A stretch of DNA of 55,880 bases from [Eubacterium] saphenum (GTDB lineage: Bacteria > Bacillota > Clostridia > Oscillospirales > Ruminococcaceae), in NCBI GenBank assembly GCA_004554555.1, contig SFLN01000016.1:1-55880 (forward strand). The letters run 5' to 3'. The notes below the pieces were generated by a model. The model saw only the letters and a program-made list of their open reading frames with translations, searched no databases and had not been told where the DNA came from. Positions 36,614-46,919 of the stretch are shown here, one piece after another. How positions within the stretch are numbered: the first letter of the stretch is position 1; each line of letters starts with the position of its first letter. A program made the translations under genes and the position numbers.

Positions 36614-39055
36614 TTGGCAGGCGAAAAGAAAAAACAAGGCGGTTTTTACAATGTAATGAAGAAGAGCTACCTTTTCTTCAAGAAAAAGGACGATGAAGAG
36701 CTTACAAAAAAGCCTGTTTTGGGGTATCGCGGACGGCAGCTTGTGATTTCGCTGATTGTTATCGCGTTTGCGATTTTTGTAGGCTATCACCTCCTCAAAT
36801 TCACCGTGCTTGACGGCGACAAGTGGCGTATGCTCGCGTACAATCAGCAGACAAGCGAGCTTACGATTATGGCGAACCGCGGCTCGATTTACGACGCGAA
36901 CGGCACGGTTCTCGCGCAAAGCTCGACGGTGTGGAATGTTGTTATCGCGCCGCAGCCGATTTATATGGCAGAGCAGGAGCGCTCAAAGGCTTATCAGGAG
37001 AAGCAGGCGAAGTGGCTTGCCGACGACAGTCCTGATAAAGAGCCGCTCGGCGAGTACAAGCCGCTGAAAAATCTGATTGCGGAGAAGCTCTCGGCGCTGC
37101 TTGGCGTAAAGCAGGACGGAATGCTCAAAGCCTGCGAGGATATCGACAATTATTATTACATAGTAAAACGCAAGGTTGACAAGCCCGTTGTGGCGGAAAT
37201 TCAGCAGTTTATGCTGGACAACGACATTCCGTCAAACTGCATCGAGCTTGAACAGGCAAGCAAGCGCTATTACCCGAACGGTTCGCTCGCCGCGAACGTA
37301 ATCGGCTTCACGAACTTTGACGGAAACGGCGTTTACGGGCTTGAGGCGTACTATGACGAATACCTCAAGGGCACGGACGGCAAGGCTTTTTACACGACAG
37401 ACGGTCGGGGACAGGGCGTTCAGTACGCGAACGACAGCTATTTCTCGGCGGTTGACGGATACAGCCTTGTGCTGACGATTGACGAGGTTATGCAGCACTA
37501 TCTCGAGAAAAATCTCGAAGCGTGCGTTTCGCAGCACTCGGTTGTCAACCGCGCGTGCGGAATTATTATGAACTGCAAAACGGGCGGAATTGTCGCTATG
37601 GCAACCTCTCCGTCCTACGATTTGAACAACCCTTCCGAGCTCACAAGCGTTTATGACTTGCAAAAGCTTGCGGAAGCAAAGGAAAAAGGCGCTTCCGAGG
37701 AGGAACTTGACGCGCTCGAGGCAACTCTCCGCGAGGGACAATGGAAAAACAAAGCGGTAACCGAGCTTTATTATCCCGGTTCCGTTTTCAAGTCGGTAAC
37801 CTGCGCTGCGGGGCTTGATACCGAGGCGATTAGTATGGACTCGGAGTTTTCCTGCTACGGCTCGATGAACGTGGCGGGAACGGACATCGCCTGCTGGTAC
37901 TGGTACGGCGGCGGTCACGGTGAGCTCACGCTTCAGCAGGCGCTCACAAAGTCCTGCAACCCGAGCTTTATGCAGATAGGTGCGGCGCTCGGCGCGGACA
38001 ATTTCAGCAACTATTTCGAGAGCTTCGGTTTCACCGAGCAGACGGGAATCGACCTGCCCGGCGAGGCGCTCTCACTTTACGTTCCGCGGTCGAGAATGGG
38101 TCCCGTTGAACTCGCGACATCGGCTTTCGGTCAGACAAACAAAATCACGCCTATTCAGATGGCAACGGCTTACTGCGCGCTGGTAAACGGCGGTTATCTG
38201 GTAACTCCGCACGTTGTCGATAAGATTATCGACAGCAACGGAAATGTTGTGGAAACGAAGGAAACCGAGATTAAACGACAGGTTATCTCGAAGGAAACGT
38301 CCGACCAAATGCGGCAGCTTCTTGAAACGGTTGTCGCGGACAACGGCGGCACAAACGCGTATATTCAGGGCTATCGCATCGGCGGAAAGTCGGGAACGGC
38401 GGAGAAAATCGACGAGTACAACCAGCAAAAGCTCACCGACCCGAACGCGAAAATGACGTATATCTCTACGTTTGCGGCGTGCGTGCCGATGGACGACCCG
38501 CAGATTGTGATGCTGGTAATGGTTGACACGCCGACAGGTCCCGAGTATTACGGCTCGGCGGTTGCGGCGCCTATTGTTTCGCTTGTGTTCAGCGAGGGCT
38601 TGGAGCACCTCGGAATTTACCCGACCTACACTGCCGAGGAGCAGGCGAAGATGGACAGCACCGTGCCTTATGTAATGGGCTATCTCTCGATGAAGGCAGA
38701 GGCGCTTATCAAGTCGGCGAACTTCAACGTTAAGATTGTCGGCGACGACACGGGAGAAGCGGTTGTAACGCAGCAGGTGCCTTATTCGGGAATCAGCATT
38801 CCGAAAGGCTCGACGATTATTTTGTACTTCAACGACATCGACCCCGAGTACGGAACGGTTCCGAATGTAATCGGAATGAGCGTTGACAAGGCGAACGAAA
38901 CGCTCACCAACGCGGGCTTCAACATCAAAATTTCGGGTGGCGCGGCGAACAATGCCGACGCAAAGGCAACGCAGCAGAGCTTCGGCGAGGGCGCGTATCT
39001 GGCGAAGGGAAGCGTGATTGAGGTCACGTTCAGCGTAAGCATTCCGGACGGATAA
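36614..39055 (+). CDS. Class B penicillin-binding protein with two PASTA domains (SpoVD/FtsI-like)
   Basis: RGSIYD, RYYP, PGSVFK (SxxK), KSCN (SxN), KSGTA; two C-terminal VP.V.G PASTA repeats; TTG start at 36614 after GGAGG. Confidence 0.93.
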   Translation: MAGEKKKQGGFYNVMKKSYLFFKKKDDEELTKKPVLGYRGRQLVISLIVIAFAIFVGYHLLKFTVLDGDKWRMLAYNQQTSELTIMANRGSIYDANGTVLAQSSTVWNVVIAPQPIYMAEQERSKAYQEKQAKWLADDSPDKEPLGEYKPLKNLIAEKLSALLGVKQDGMLKACEDIDNYYYIVKRKVDKPVVAEIQQFMLDNDIPSNCIELEQASKRYYPNGSLAANVIGFTNFDGNGVYGLEAYYDEYLKGTDGKAFYTTDGRGQGVQYANDSYFSAVDGYSLVLTIDEVMQHYLEKNLEACVSQHSVVNRACGIIMNCKTGGIVAMATSPSYDLNNPSELTSVYDLQKLAEAKEKGASEEELDALEATLREGQWKNKAVTELYYPGSVFKSVTCAAGLDTEAISMDSEFSCYGSMNVAGTDIACWYWYGGGHGELTLQQALTKSCNPSFMQIGAALGADNFSNYFESFGFTEQTGIDLPGEALSLYVPRSRMGPVELATSAFGQTNKITPIQMATAYCALVNGGYLVTPHVVDKIIDSNGNVVETKETEIKRQVISKETSDQMRQLLETVVADNGGTNAYIQGYRIGGKSGTAEKIDEYNQQKLTDPNAKMTYISTFAACVPMDDPQIVMLVMVDTPTGPEYYGSAVAAPIVSLVFSEGLEHLGIYPTYTAEEQAKMDSTVPYVMGYLSMKAEALIKSANFNVKIVGDDTGEAVVTQQVPYSGISIPKGSTIILYFNDIDPEYGTVPNVIGMSVDKANETLTNAGFNIKISGGAANNADAKATQQSFGEGAYLAKGSVIEVTFSVSIPDG

Positions 39056-39069
39056 CGCGCGATTTCAAA

Positions 39070-39148
39070 GTCATCGGAAAGCGTTGACAAGGCGAACGAA
39101 ACGCTGACGAACGCGGGCTTCAACATCAAAATTTCGGGCGGCGCGGCA
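39070..39148 (+). repeat. Non-coding direct copy of PASTA-coding segment 38867-38947
   Basis: 79 vs 81 bp; five substitutions, all synonymous, plus a 2-nt deletion. Confidence 0.9.
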
Positions 39149-39178
39149 GCGTGAGCATTCAAAAAAACGGGAGAAACT

Positions 39179-40630
39179 ATGGATTTAGGCGAGCTTTTTT
39201 CGGGAATTGCGGAGATACCTGCGGAGTATCGCGCGCGGGCGGTTTCGGGCGTGACGTCGGACAGCCGCGAGGTGCGGGAGAACTTTGTTTTCGTGTGCAT
39301 CAAGGGCGGTTCGTTTGACGGACACTCGGCGGCGGGAGCGGCTCTGCAAAAGGGCGCAGCGGCTGTGGTTACGGAGAATTTTCTCGGGCTTGAAGGTGAA
39401 ATTAACGTTCATAACACGCGCGAGATTTACCCCGAGCTGCTTGCGAAATTTTTCGGAAATCCCGAGAAAAAGCTGAAAATCTGCGCGGTAACCGGCACGA
39501 ACGGCAAAACCACAACGGTCGGCATCTGCGCGGGAATTACACGCGCGCTCGGTCACAAAACCGGCACAATCGGCACGCTCGGAGTTGACGCGGGGAACGG
39601 GCTTGTGTATTCGCACGATGGTCCGCCGACCGTGCCCGAGCCGAAAAAGCTCGCGGAGATTTTCGCCGAAATGGTGAAAAACGGCGTGGAGTATTGCTTT
39701 GTGGAGGCTTCGAGCCAAGCGCTTGCGCAGCACCGTTTCCCGAGAAATTGCTTCAAGGCGGGCGCTTTCACCAACCTTACCCGCGACCACCTCGACTATC
39801 ACGGCACGATGGAAAACTATTTCGCGGCGAAGCGAATGTTGTTCGATAATTGCGAAACGGCGGTTGTGAACACGAGCGACGAGTACGGCAAGCAAATCAC
39901 GGAGTATTGCCGCGAAAAAAATATACCGCTGAAAACCGTTTCGGCGGCGGGAAAAGCCGATTATTATGCGGAATTTGTGCGGTGCTTTCCCGACAAAAGC
40001 GAGTTTATCCTCACCGATGAACGGCGCGAAAAAAGCTATCCCGCGCGGTTTTCGCTGACGGGTGAATACAACGTGCTGAACGCGCTTCTTGCGGCGGTTT
40101 TATGCGAAACGCTGGGCTTTTCGCTCGGTGAAATTGTCGAGGCGCTGGGCAAAATCAGCGGTGTTTCGGGACGGCTGGAAACGCTGTACTCGGGCGATTT
40201 CACGGTAATCCGTGATTACGCGCACACCGAGGACGGTCTTTTGAAGCTGCTGGGCACGCTGAAGCCGCTGACGAAAAACCGGCTGATTTGCGTGTTCGGA
40301 GCGGCGGGTGAGCGTGACGCGGGAAAGCGCCCCGATATGGGGAGAGCGGCGGCGAAGTTCGCGGATTATCTGATTGTGACGACGGACAGCCCGCGCCACG
40401 AAAACCCGCAGGACACGATTGACGGGGTTGTGCGCGGGATACCGCAAGGCAAGCTCTTTGAGGAGTTCATCGACCGCCAAAAAGCGGTTCTGAGAGCACT
40501 TGAAATTGCCGAAAACGGCGACGTTGTGGCGCTCTGCGGCAAGGGTCACGAGGACTATCAGGCAATCGGCGACGAGTATTTCCACTTTGACGAGAAGGAA
40601 ATTGTCGAAGAATATTTCGCGGGCAAGTGA
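39179..40630 (+). CDS. murE: UDP-N-acetylmuramoyl-tripeptide synthetase MurE
   Basis: VTGTNGKTT, EASS, FTNLTRDHLDYH, DYAHT, GKGHE; DSPR at the DNPR position. Confidence 0.95.
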   Translation: MDLGELFSGIAEIPAEYRARAVSGVTSDSREVRENFVFVCIKGGSFDGHSAAGAALQKGAAAVVTENFLGLEGEINVHNTREIYPELLAKFFGNPEKKLKICAVTGTNGKTTTVGICAGITRALGHKTGTIGTLGVDAGNGLVYSHDGPPTVPEPKKLAEIFAEMVKNGVEYCFVEASSQALAQHRFPRNCFKAGAFTNLTRDHLDYHGTMENYFAAKRMLFDNCETAVVNTSDEYGKQITEYCREKNIPLKTVSAAGKADYYAEFVRCFPDKSEFILTDERREKSYPARFSLTGEYNVLNALLAAVLCETLGFSLGEIVEALGKISGVSGRLETLYSGDFTVIRDYAHTEDGLLKLLGTLKPLTKNRLICVFGAAGERDAGKRPDMGRAAAKFADYLIVTTDSPRHENPQDTIDGVVRGIPQGKLFEEFIDRQKAVLRALEIAENGDVVALCGKGHEDYQAIGDEYFHFDEKEIVEEYFAGK

Positions 40631-40739
40631 CGTTGATAAACTCGATTTGAGCAGCGCGCGAACCCGCACGGAGAGCCGGTTTGGAGCGTATAACTTTGAT
40701 GGAAAATCGAAGATTATTTTAAGGATAAGAAGTGATTTT

Positions 40740-42080
40740 ATGTTTACAACCGAAGAAATCGCAAAAGTGACGGGCGGACGGCTCGAGGGCGGGAACTGCG
40801 AGGTAACAAGCGTTTCCACGGACACGCGTTCAATCGGTCAGGGCGCGCTTTTTATTGCGGTAAAGGGCGAGAGCTTTGACGGAAACGATTTTCTCGAAAA
40901 GGCGTTCCAAAACGGCGCGGCGGCGGTTATGACCGAGCGCGATAGCCTTGATTTCACGGCGGAAAATCCCGTGATTTTTGTCAAGGACACGCGCGCTGCG
41001 CAGCTTGCTCTGGCGCGTTATTACCGCGATAAATTTGACTTGAAATTGTGCGGAGTGACCGGCTCGGTCGGCAAAACCTCGACGAAAGATATGATTTTCG
41101 CGGTGCTGTCGGCGCGGTTTAACACGCTGAAAACCGAGGGTAATTTCAACAACGACATCGGTCTGCCGCGCACGCTTTTCGGCTTGAACAGCAGCTTTGA
41201 GGCGGCAGTTATCGAGATGGGAATGAGCGATTTGGGCGAAATCAGCGCGCTGTCGAAAGCCGCGCACCCGAATGCCGCGGTTATCACAAACATCGGTTTC
41301 TGCCACATCGAAAATCTGAAAACGCAGGAAAATATACTGAAAGCGAAGCTCGAAATTCTCGACGGAGCGGACGAAAATGCACCGCTTATTCTTTGCGGCG
41401 AGGACGAGCTTTTGAACACGGTGAAGCTTGACAGGAAGCTAATCCGCTACGGTTTCGGCGAGAAAAACGACGTTTATGCAAGCGATGTTTCTTCAACGGA
41501 AAACGGTGAGAAATTCACCCTGCATTACGGCGGGAAAGCGTATTCGGCACAGGTTCCCGTTGTCGGTGAACACCACATTCTGAACGCTCTCGCGGCGTTT
41601 TGCGTGGGAATTGAATTCGGGCTTTCACCCGAAGAAATCGTGCCCGCGTTTATGAATTACAGCGCCTCGGGAATGCGGCAGAAAATCGAGCAGCGCGGCG
41701 ATGTGACGGTAATTCTCGACTGCTACAACGCTTCGCCGACGTCGATGGAAAGCTCGCTCGGGGTTCTCGGGCGAATGAACGGGCGGAAAATCGCGGTGCT
41801 CGGGGATATGCTTGAGCTTGGCGCGATGTCAAAGCAGCTCCACGCGGGGATTGCGGAGTTTGTCGAGAAAAACGCGGATTTGTGCTTCTTGTACGGCACG
41901 GAGATGAAAGCGCTGCGCGACGAGCTTTTCAAGCGGGAATTTCCCGTGTTCCACAGCGAAAATAAAAGCGAGCTTACGGGGCTGCTTTTGCAGAATTTAA
42001 AGAGCGGCGACGCGGTTTTGTTTAAAGGCAGCCGCGGAATGAAGATGGAAGAAATCGCGGAGAAGGTTGGTAAAAGATGA
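40740..42080 (+). CDS. murF: UDP-N-acetylmuramoyl-tripeptide--D-Ala-D-Ala ligase
   Basis: STDTR, VTGSVGKTSTK, NFNNDIGLP, DCYNASP, LGDMLELG, KGSRGM; ATG 40740. Confidence 0.96.
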   Translation: MFTTEEIAKVTGGRLEGGNCEVTSVSTDTRSIGQGALFIAVKGESFDGNDFLEKAFQNGAAAVMTERDSLDFTAENPVIFVKDTRAAQLALARYYRDKFDLKLCGVTGSVGKTSTKDMIFAVLSARFNTLKTEGNFNNDIGLPRTLFGLNSSFEAAVIEMGMSDLGEISALSKAAHPNAAVITNIGFCHIENLKTQENILKAKLEILDGADENAPLILCGEDELLNTVKLDRKLIRYGFGEKNDVYASDVSSTENGEKFTLHYGGKAYSAQVPVVGEHHILNALAAFCVGIEFGLSPEEIVPAFMNYSASGMRQKIEQRGDVTVILDCYNASPTSMESSLGVLGRMNGRKIAVLGDMLELGAMSKQLHAGIAEFVEKNADLCFLYGTEMKALRDELFKREFPVFHSENKSELTGLLLQNLKSGDAVLFKGSRGMKMEEIAEKVGKR

Positions 42081-43108
42081 TTTTAACGAGTTCAATAGCG
42101 GCAGCTGCGGCGTTTCTGATAACGTGGCTTGTGGGGATTTTTCTGATACCGCTGCTACACAAGCTGAAATACGGACAGACAATCCTCGACATCGGACCGA
42201 AGTGGCACAAAGCGAAAAAAGAGGGTACGCCGACAATGGGCGGAATTTCGTTTATTTTCGCGGTGAGCGTGTGCTTTGCGGTGGGAATGATAGTTTTCGC
42301 GTTCACCGGCGCGGACTTCACGGGTGCGGGAAAACGCGAGCTTGTGGTGTCGGTTTCGGGCATGATAATGGCGGTTTTGTTCGGATTTGTGGGCTTTCTC
42401 GATGACTTCATCAAGGTTCGCAAAAAGCGCAACGAGGGCTTAACGCCGATGCAGAAAATCATCTTGCAGGTGCTGATAATCGCGGCGTATTTCACGACGA
42501 TTTACATCAGCGGCTTTGCAAGCACGGTGATTTCGTTCCCGGGCGGCGCGCAGTGGGAAATGGGACTTTTCTATTACCCTGTGATGGGACTGGGAATTTT
42601 GTACATCGTAAACGCGGTGAACCTCACGGACGGAATTGACGGGCTTTGCTCATCGGTGACGGTGATTTACGCGGCAGCGTTTGCGGTGATTTCGGGGATA
42701 CTCGGAATGTTCGGCGAAACGCTGATTGCCTTCTGCACAGCGGGCGCACTGTTGGGATTTCTTATGTGGAATTTCCCGCCCGCGAAGGTGTTTATGGGCG
42801 ACACCGGCTCGATGTTCCTGGGAGGAATAGTCTGCGCTCTGGGAGTTGGGTGCAAGACGGAGTTTCTGATGGTTATCGCGGGAATTGTGTATATTCTGGA
42901 AGCGCTCTCGGTGCTGATTCAGACGACCGTGTTCAAGATAACGAAGAAAATTCACCACACCAAAGAGGGCAAGCGTCTGTTCAAGATGACGCCCATTCAC
43001 CATCATTTTGAGATGAGCGGCTGGAGCGAGATGAAGATTGACGCGGTGTTCTCGTTCACGGCGCTGCTTTTCGGAGCTTTGGCGGTAGTTTTTGCAATGA
43101 TGATGTAG
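42077..43108 (+). CDS. mraY: Phospho-N-acetylmuramoyl-pentapeptide transferase
   Basis: GTPTMGG, GFLDD, NAVNLTDGIDG, FMGDTGS, PIHHHFE. Confidence 0.98.
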   Translation: MILTSSIAAAAAFLITWLVGIFLIPLLHKLKYGQTILDIGPKWHKAKKEGTPTMGGISFIFAVSVCFAVGMIVFAFTGADFTGAGKRELVVSVSGMIMAVLFGFVGFLDDFIKVRKKRNEGLTPMQKIILQVLIIAAYFTTIYISGFASTVISFPGGAQWEMGLFYYPVMGLGILYIVNAVNLTDGIDGLCSSVTVIYAAAFAVISGILGMFGETLIAFCTAGALLGFLMWNFPPAKVFMGDTGSMFLGGIVCALGVGCKTEFLMVIAGIVYILEALSVLIQTTVFKITKKIHHTKEGKRLFKMTPIHHHFEMSGWSEMKIDAVFSFTALLFGALAVVFAMMM

Positions 43109-43127
43109 TACGCGAAAAGAGGTAAGT

Positions 43128-44438
43128 ATGGGGCAGCAAATCAGACCAAATTCCGTGGCAAGACAGGTAAGCGCCGGACAAAGCGCTGCCAAAAAGCCGC
43201 CCGTAAAGCAAACAAAGCCTGCCGAAGCCGCGAAAAAGCTCACGGGAAAGCAGGTTAAAAAGAAGAACGATGACCCGAACAAAATCCGCTTTTTCAGCTT
43301 TCACGGACGAGTGGATATGCCGATGACGGTTATTATTTTCGTGCTGTTGGTGTTCGGGATAACGATGATGTTTTCTGCGGGACATGCGCAGTCGTGGCTT
43401 GACAACGAGGGCGACAGCTACGCTTACACGGTGAAGCAGATAATCGCCGCCGGCATCGGTCTTGCGGGAATGTTTGTGTTGTGCTTTATGGATTACCGCG
43501 TGCTGCGGCGGGAATTTTCGGCATTCGGCGGGAAAATCCACTTCACGCTCGCGCACATAATCCTCGGCATCACGATGTTCATAAACTTTCTCTGCCTGCC
43601 GTTCGGAGTGGCGGCGGAGGGCGACCAGAAACGCTGGTTGAAGGTGCCGGTGTTTGGTACATTCCAGCCGTCGGACTTTCTGAAGGTCGGGCTGATAATC
43701 TTTATGGCTTACTATATCCACAAAAATTTCGACAAAATCCGCAGTTTTTGGGTTGGAATAGTGAAGCCGGGAATGTTGTTTTTGGCGGTTGTTTTCATAA
43801 TGATTGTCATTCAGTCGCACATGTCGGGACTGCTGATTATGACGGCGGTTTGCGCGGTTATGCTGTTTGTCGGCGGGATAAATATGAAGCCCGTCATACC
43901 GGTTGCGATAGCGCTTGTGGTTATCGTCATCATCGGCGTATCGCTGTCGGGATTTGACTATTTCGGTGACCGCGTTAAGTTTATGGACCCGCTCTCCGAC
44001 CCCGGCGACCGCTCTTATCAGAACTACCAGTCGGCTCTGGCAATCGGTTCGGGAGGAATTTGGGGCAAGGGCTTCGGCAACTCCACGCAAAAATATTTCT
44101 ACCTGCCTTTCGCGCAGAACGACTTCGTTTACGCAGTTTTGTGCGAGGAATTCGGGCTTGTGGGCGGCGCTGTGGTAATCCTACTTTTCGTGATTTTTGT
44201 AATGCGCGGCTTTACGATTGCTTCTCACGCTGAGGACCGCTTCGGCTGCCTTATGGCAACGGGGATTACGTTCCACATCGGACTGCAAGCGCTGCTGAAC
44301 ATCGGCGTAAACCTATGCTGCGTGCCGAATACGGGAATTTCGATGCCGTTTTTCAGCTACGGCGGCACGGCGCTGATGATACAGCTGTGGGAAATGGGGC
44401 TGCTGCTCGCGGTAAGCAAGCGCGCGAAGCTGAATTAG
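43128..44438 (+). CDS. SEDS peptidoglycan glycosyltransferase (SpoVE/FtsW)
   Basis: KRWL, FQPSD, GSGGIWGKG, LPFAQNDF, PNTGISMPFFSYGG. Confidence 0.94.
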   Translation: MGQQIRPNSVARQVSAGQSAAKKPPVKQTKPAEAAKKLTGKQVKKKNDDPNKIRFFSFHGRVDMPMTVIIFVLLVFGITMMFSAGHAQSWLDNEGDSYAYTVKQIIAAGIGLAGMFVLCFMDYRVLRREFSAFGGKIHFTLAHIILGITMFINFLCLPFGVAAEGDQKRWLKVPVFGTFQPSDFLKVGLIIFMAYYIHKNFDKIRSFWVGIVKPGMLFLAVVFIMIVIQSHMSGLLIMTAVCAVMLFVGGINMKPVIPVAIALVVIVIIGVSLSGFDYFGDRVKFMDPLSDPGDRSYQNYQSALAIGSGGIWGKGFGNSTQKYFYLPFAQNDFVYAVLCEEFGLVGGAVVILLFVIFVMRGFTIASHAEDRFGCLMATGITFHIGLQALLNIGVNLCCVPNTGISMPFFSYGGTALMIQLWEMGLLLAVSKRAKLN

Positions 44439-44456
44439 CGGCATTACATATCGCGT

Positions 44457-44918
44457 ACCGAGCGGATTTGCGGGAACGCAGAAACTGCGCCGATGAAAAG
44501 GTGACAGCTCATTTTGGGCAACATTGGAGAAGCGTTGCGAAGCACGCAAATTCTCGCGAACTCGACTTTTGAGCACCGCAAACCTGCTCACCGAGCGGAT
44601 TTCGGGGAACGTTGAAACTTCGCCGATGAAAAGGCGATATCTCGTTTTTGCAATGCCGGAGAAGCGTTGTATAAAGCGCGCAAATTCCCGCGAACTCGTT
44701 TGTCAAGCACTGCGAACCCGCTCCTCAAGCGGATTTCGAGGAATGCAGAAACTGCGCTGAAGAATAGGTGATATCTCGTTTTTGGCAACGTTGGAAAATC
44801 GTTGAAAAGCAGTTGCGGGTGGATTTCGGGTAATATTGGAGAAGAGTTGCAAAACGCGCAAATTCCCGCGAACAAGGTCCTCGAGCAACGCGAACCCGCT
44901 CACCGAGCGGATTTGCGG
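44457..44918. repeat. Degenerate tandem repeat, unit about 133 bp, about 3 copies
   Basis: Unit starts at 44457, 44590, 44724 and 44902 (spacings 133, 134, 178). Confidence 0.85.
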
Positions 44919-44981
44919 GTTGAGAGAAACAAAATTTAGCAAAGACCACAAGGTTGAAAATAAACAAAAAAAGGTGATAAC

Positions 44982-46118
44982 ATGAGAGTACTTTTTGCTG
45001 CGGGTGGAACGGCGGGGCACATAAACCCCGCGCTTGCGATTGCGGATAAGCTTACGGCGACATTTCCCGAAACGCAGGTGCTGTTTGTCGGCAAGCCCGA
45101 CGGTATGGAGAAAAAGCTCGTGGGAAAAGCGGGCTATGATTTTGTCGGGGTGGATATGTACGGCTTTGAGCGCGGTTTTTCGCCGAAAAGTCTGGTGCAC
45201 AACGTAAAGGCGGCGTATTGCTATTTCATCTCGGCAAAGCGCTCTGTAAAGCGGATTATCAAGGAGTACAAGCCAGATTTGGCGATAGGAACGGGCGGTT
45301 ACGTCACGGCAACCGTGCTGTCGCAGGCGAGCGCGATGAAAATTCAGACGATAACGCACGAGAGCAACTCTTATCCCGGAATGGCGACAAAAATGCTGTC
45401 AACGCGCGCGGACAAGGTTCTCCTGGCAACCGAGGACGCGAAAAAGCACCTGAAGGACGCGTCGCGGTGCATTGTGACGGGAAACCCGCTGCGCACTAAC
45501 ATACCGATTGAGGAGCGCTCGGCTGCGAAAAAGCGGCTGGGTTTGTCGGACGATTTCACGGTTTTGTCGTTCGGTGGAAGCCTTGGCGCAAACCGCATAA
45601 CAAACGCTGTCGCGGAGCTTATCGCGTGGGAAAACAAGACCGGCAAAATCAACCACATTCACTCCTACGGCAGCAAAAACAAGGAGATTTTCACCGAGGC
45701 ACTTGACAAAAACGGCGTTGTGAAGGACGAGAAGCGGCACATTTTCCGCGATTACATTGACAATATGTACACTTGTATGAGCGCGGCGGATTTGATAATA
45801 TCGCGAGCGGGAGCGATGACGATAACGGAGCTTACGGAAATCGGCAGAGCTTCGATACTTGTGCCGTACCCTGCGGCTGCGGAAAATCACCAGTTCTACA
45901 ACGCGAAAACGCTTGCCGACAAGAACGCGGCGATAATTATCGAGGACGCGGAGTTGACGGGCGAGAGCCTGATAAAGGTGGTCGAGGAGCTTTACGGCGA
46001 CCGCGCGCGGCTGCTTGAAATGGAGCAAAACGCGCACAATCAGAGAAAGTCAGACGCGGCGGACAGGATAATCGGCGAGATTATCGATTTGGTCGGCGAG
46101 GAGAAGCTGCTGAAATAG
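44982..46118 (+). CDS. murG: UDP-GlcNAc lipid I transferase MurG
   Basis: GGTAGHINPA, GTGGY, HESN, TGNP, GGSLGA, SRAGA, HQFYNA. Confidence 0.97.
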   Translation: MRVLFAAGGTAGHINPALAIADKLTATFPETQVLFVGKPDGMEKKLVGKAGYDFVGVDMYGFERGFSPKSLVHNVKAAYCYFISAKRSVKRIIKEYKPDLAIGTGGYVTATVLSQASAMKIQTITHESNSYPGMATKMLSTRADKVLLATEDAKKHLKDASRCIVTGNPLRTNIPIEERSAAKKRLGLSDDFTVLSFGGSLGANRITNAVAELIAWENKTGKINHIHSYGSKNKEIFTEALDKNGVVKDEKRHIFRDYIDNMYTCMSAADLIISRAGAMTITELTEIGRASILVPYPAAAENHQFYNAKTLADKNAAIIIEDAELTGESLIKVVEELYGDRARLLEMEQNAHNQRKSDAADRIIGEIIDLVGEEKLLK

Positions 46119-46134
46119 TTTCTCGGTCGACCTA

Positions 46135-46855
46135 GGCTGTTCCCGACAACCCACGCGGTTTTTCGAGAACCAAAGGGTGTTTTTTCGTTAAACTTTGGCG
46201 TGTCAATCAACCAAATTTGCGTGTTTTTTGGCAACTTGGAGTGTTCTCACCAACCAAATTCGCGCGAAAACTTGGCAGTATGGCGCGGAATTATCGCTAA
46301 ACATCGGCGTTCACCGCAATCCAAAACCGCGAGTTTTTCGGACAACTTTTCGAGGCTTCTCGGCAGCTCAGTGCGCATTAACCGCTGCAAAACAAGTCCA
46401 GCAGCTAACCACAAGTGAGCATTTCACGAAAACGGCGTGTTCTCGACAAACGCAAAGCGTAGTTTTCGCTGAACGTTGGTATTCTTCGCTAATCAAATCC
46501 GCGAGTTTTTCGGACAAGTTAGCGCGAAATTTCGCTAAACGTTAGCGTTAACCGCAGTCCAAAATCCGCGAGTTTTTCGGACAAGTTGGCGCGGAATTTT
46601 CGTTCAACCCCGGCTGTTCCCGACAACCCACGCGTTTTTACGCGAACCAAAAGTGCGTTTTTTCGTTAAACGTTGGCGTGTCAACTAACCAAATTTGCGA
46701 GATTTCGTGCAGCTTCGCGTGTTCTCATCAACCAAATCCGCGAGTTTTTCGCAAACGTTCCCGTTCCCAGCAAACAAAAATCTAGTTTCACCAATGTTAA
46801 AGTTGGCTGAAAGAACCGTAACCCCGATTTACAGGCGGTCAAAATCCGCGCGAAA
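46135..46855. repeat. Complex degenerate direct-repeat region
   Basis: About 130-bp direct repeat at 46135 and 46612; AAATCCGCGAGTTTTTCG-type motif at 46324, 46495, 46562 and 46734. Confidence 0.8.
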
Positions 46856-46919
46856 TATTTTCACCTAATTCAGCGATTGAACATATATTGCTGTATGCGA
46901 ACGCTGAAAGGGTGATTTT

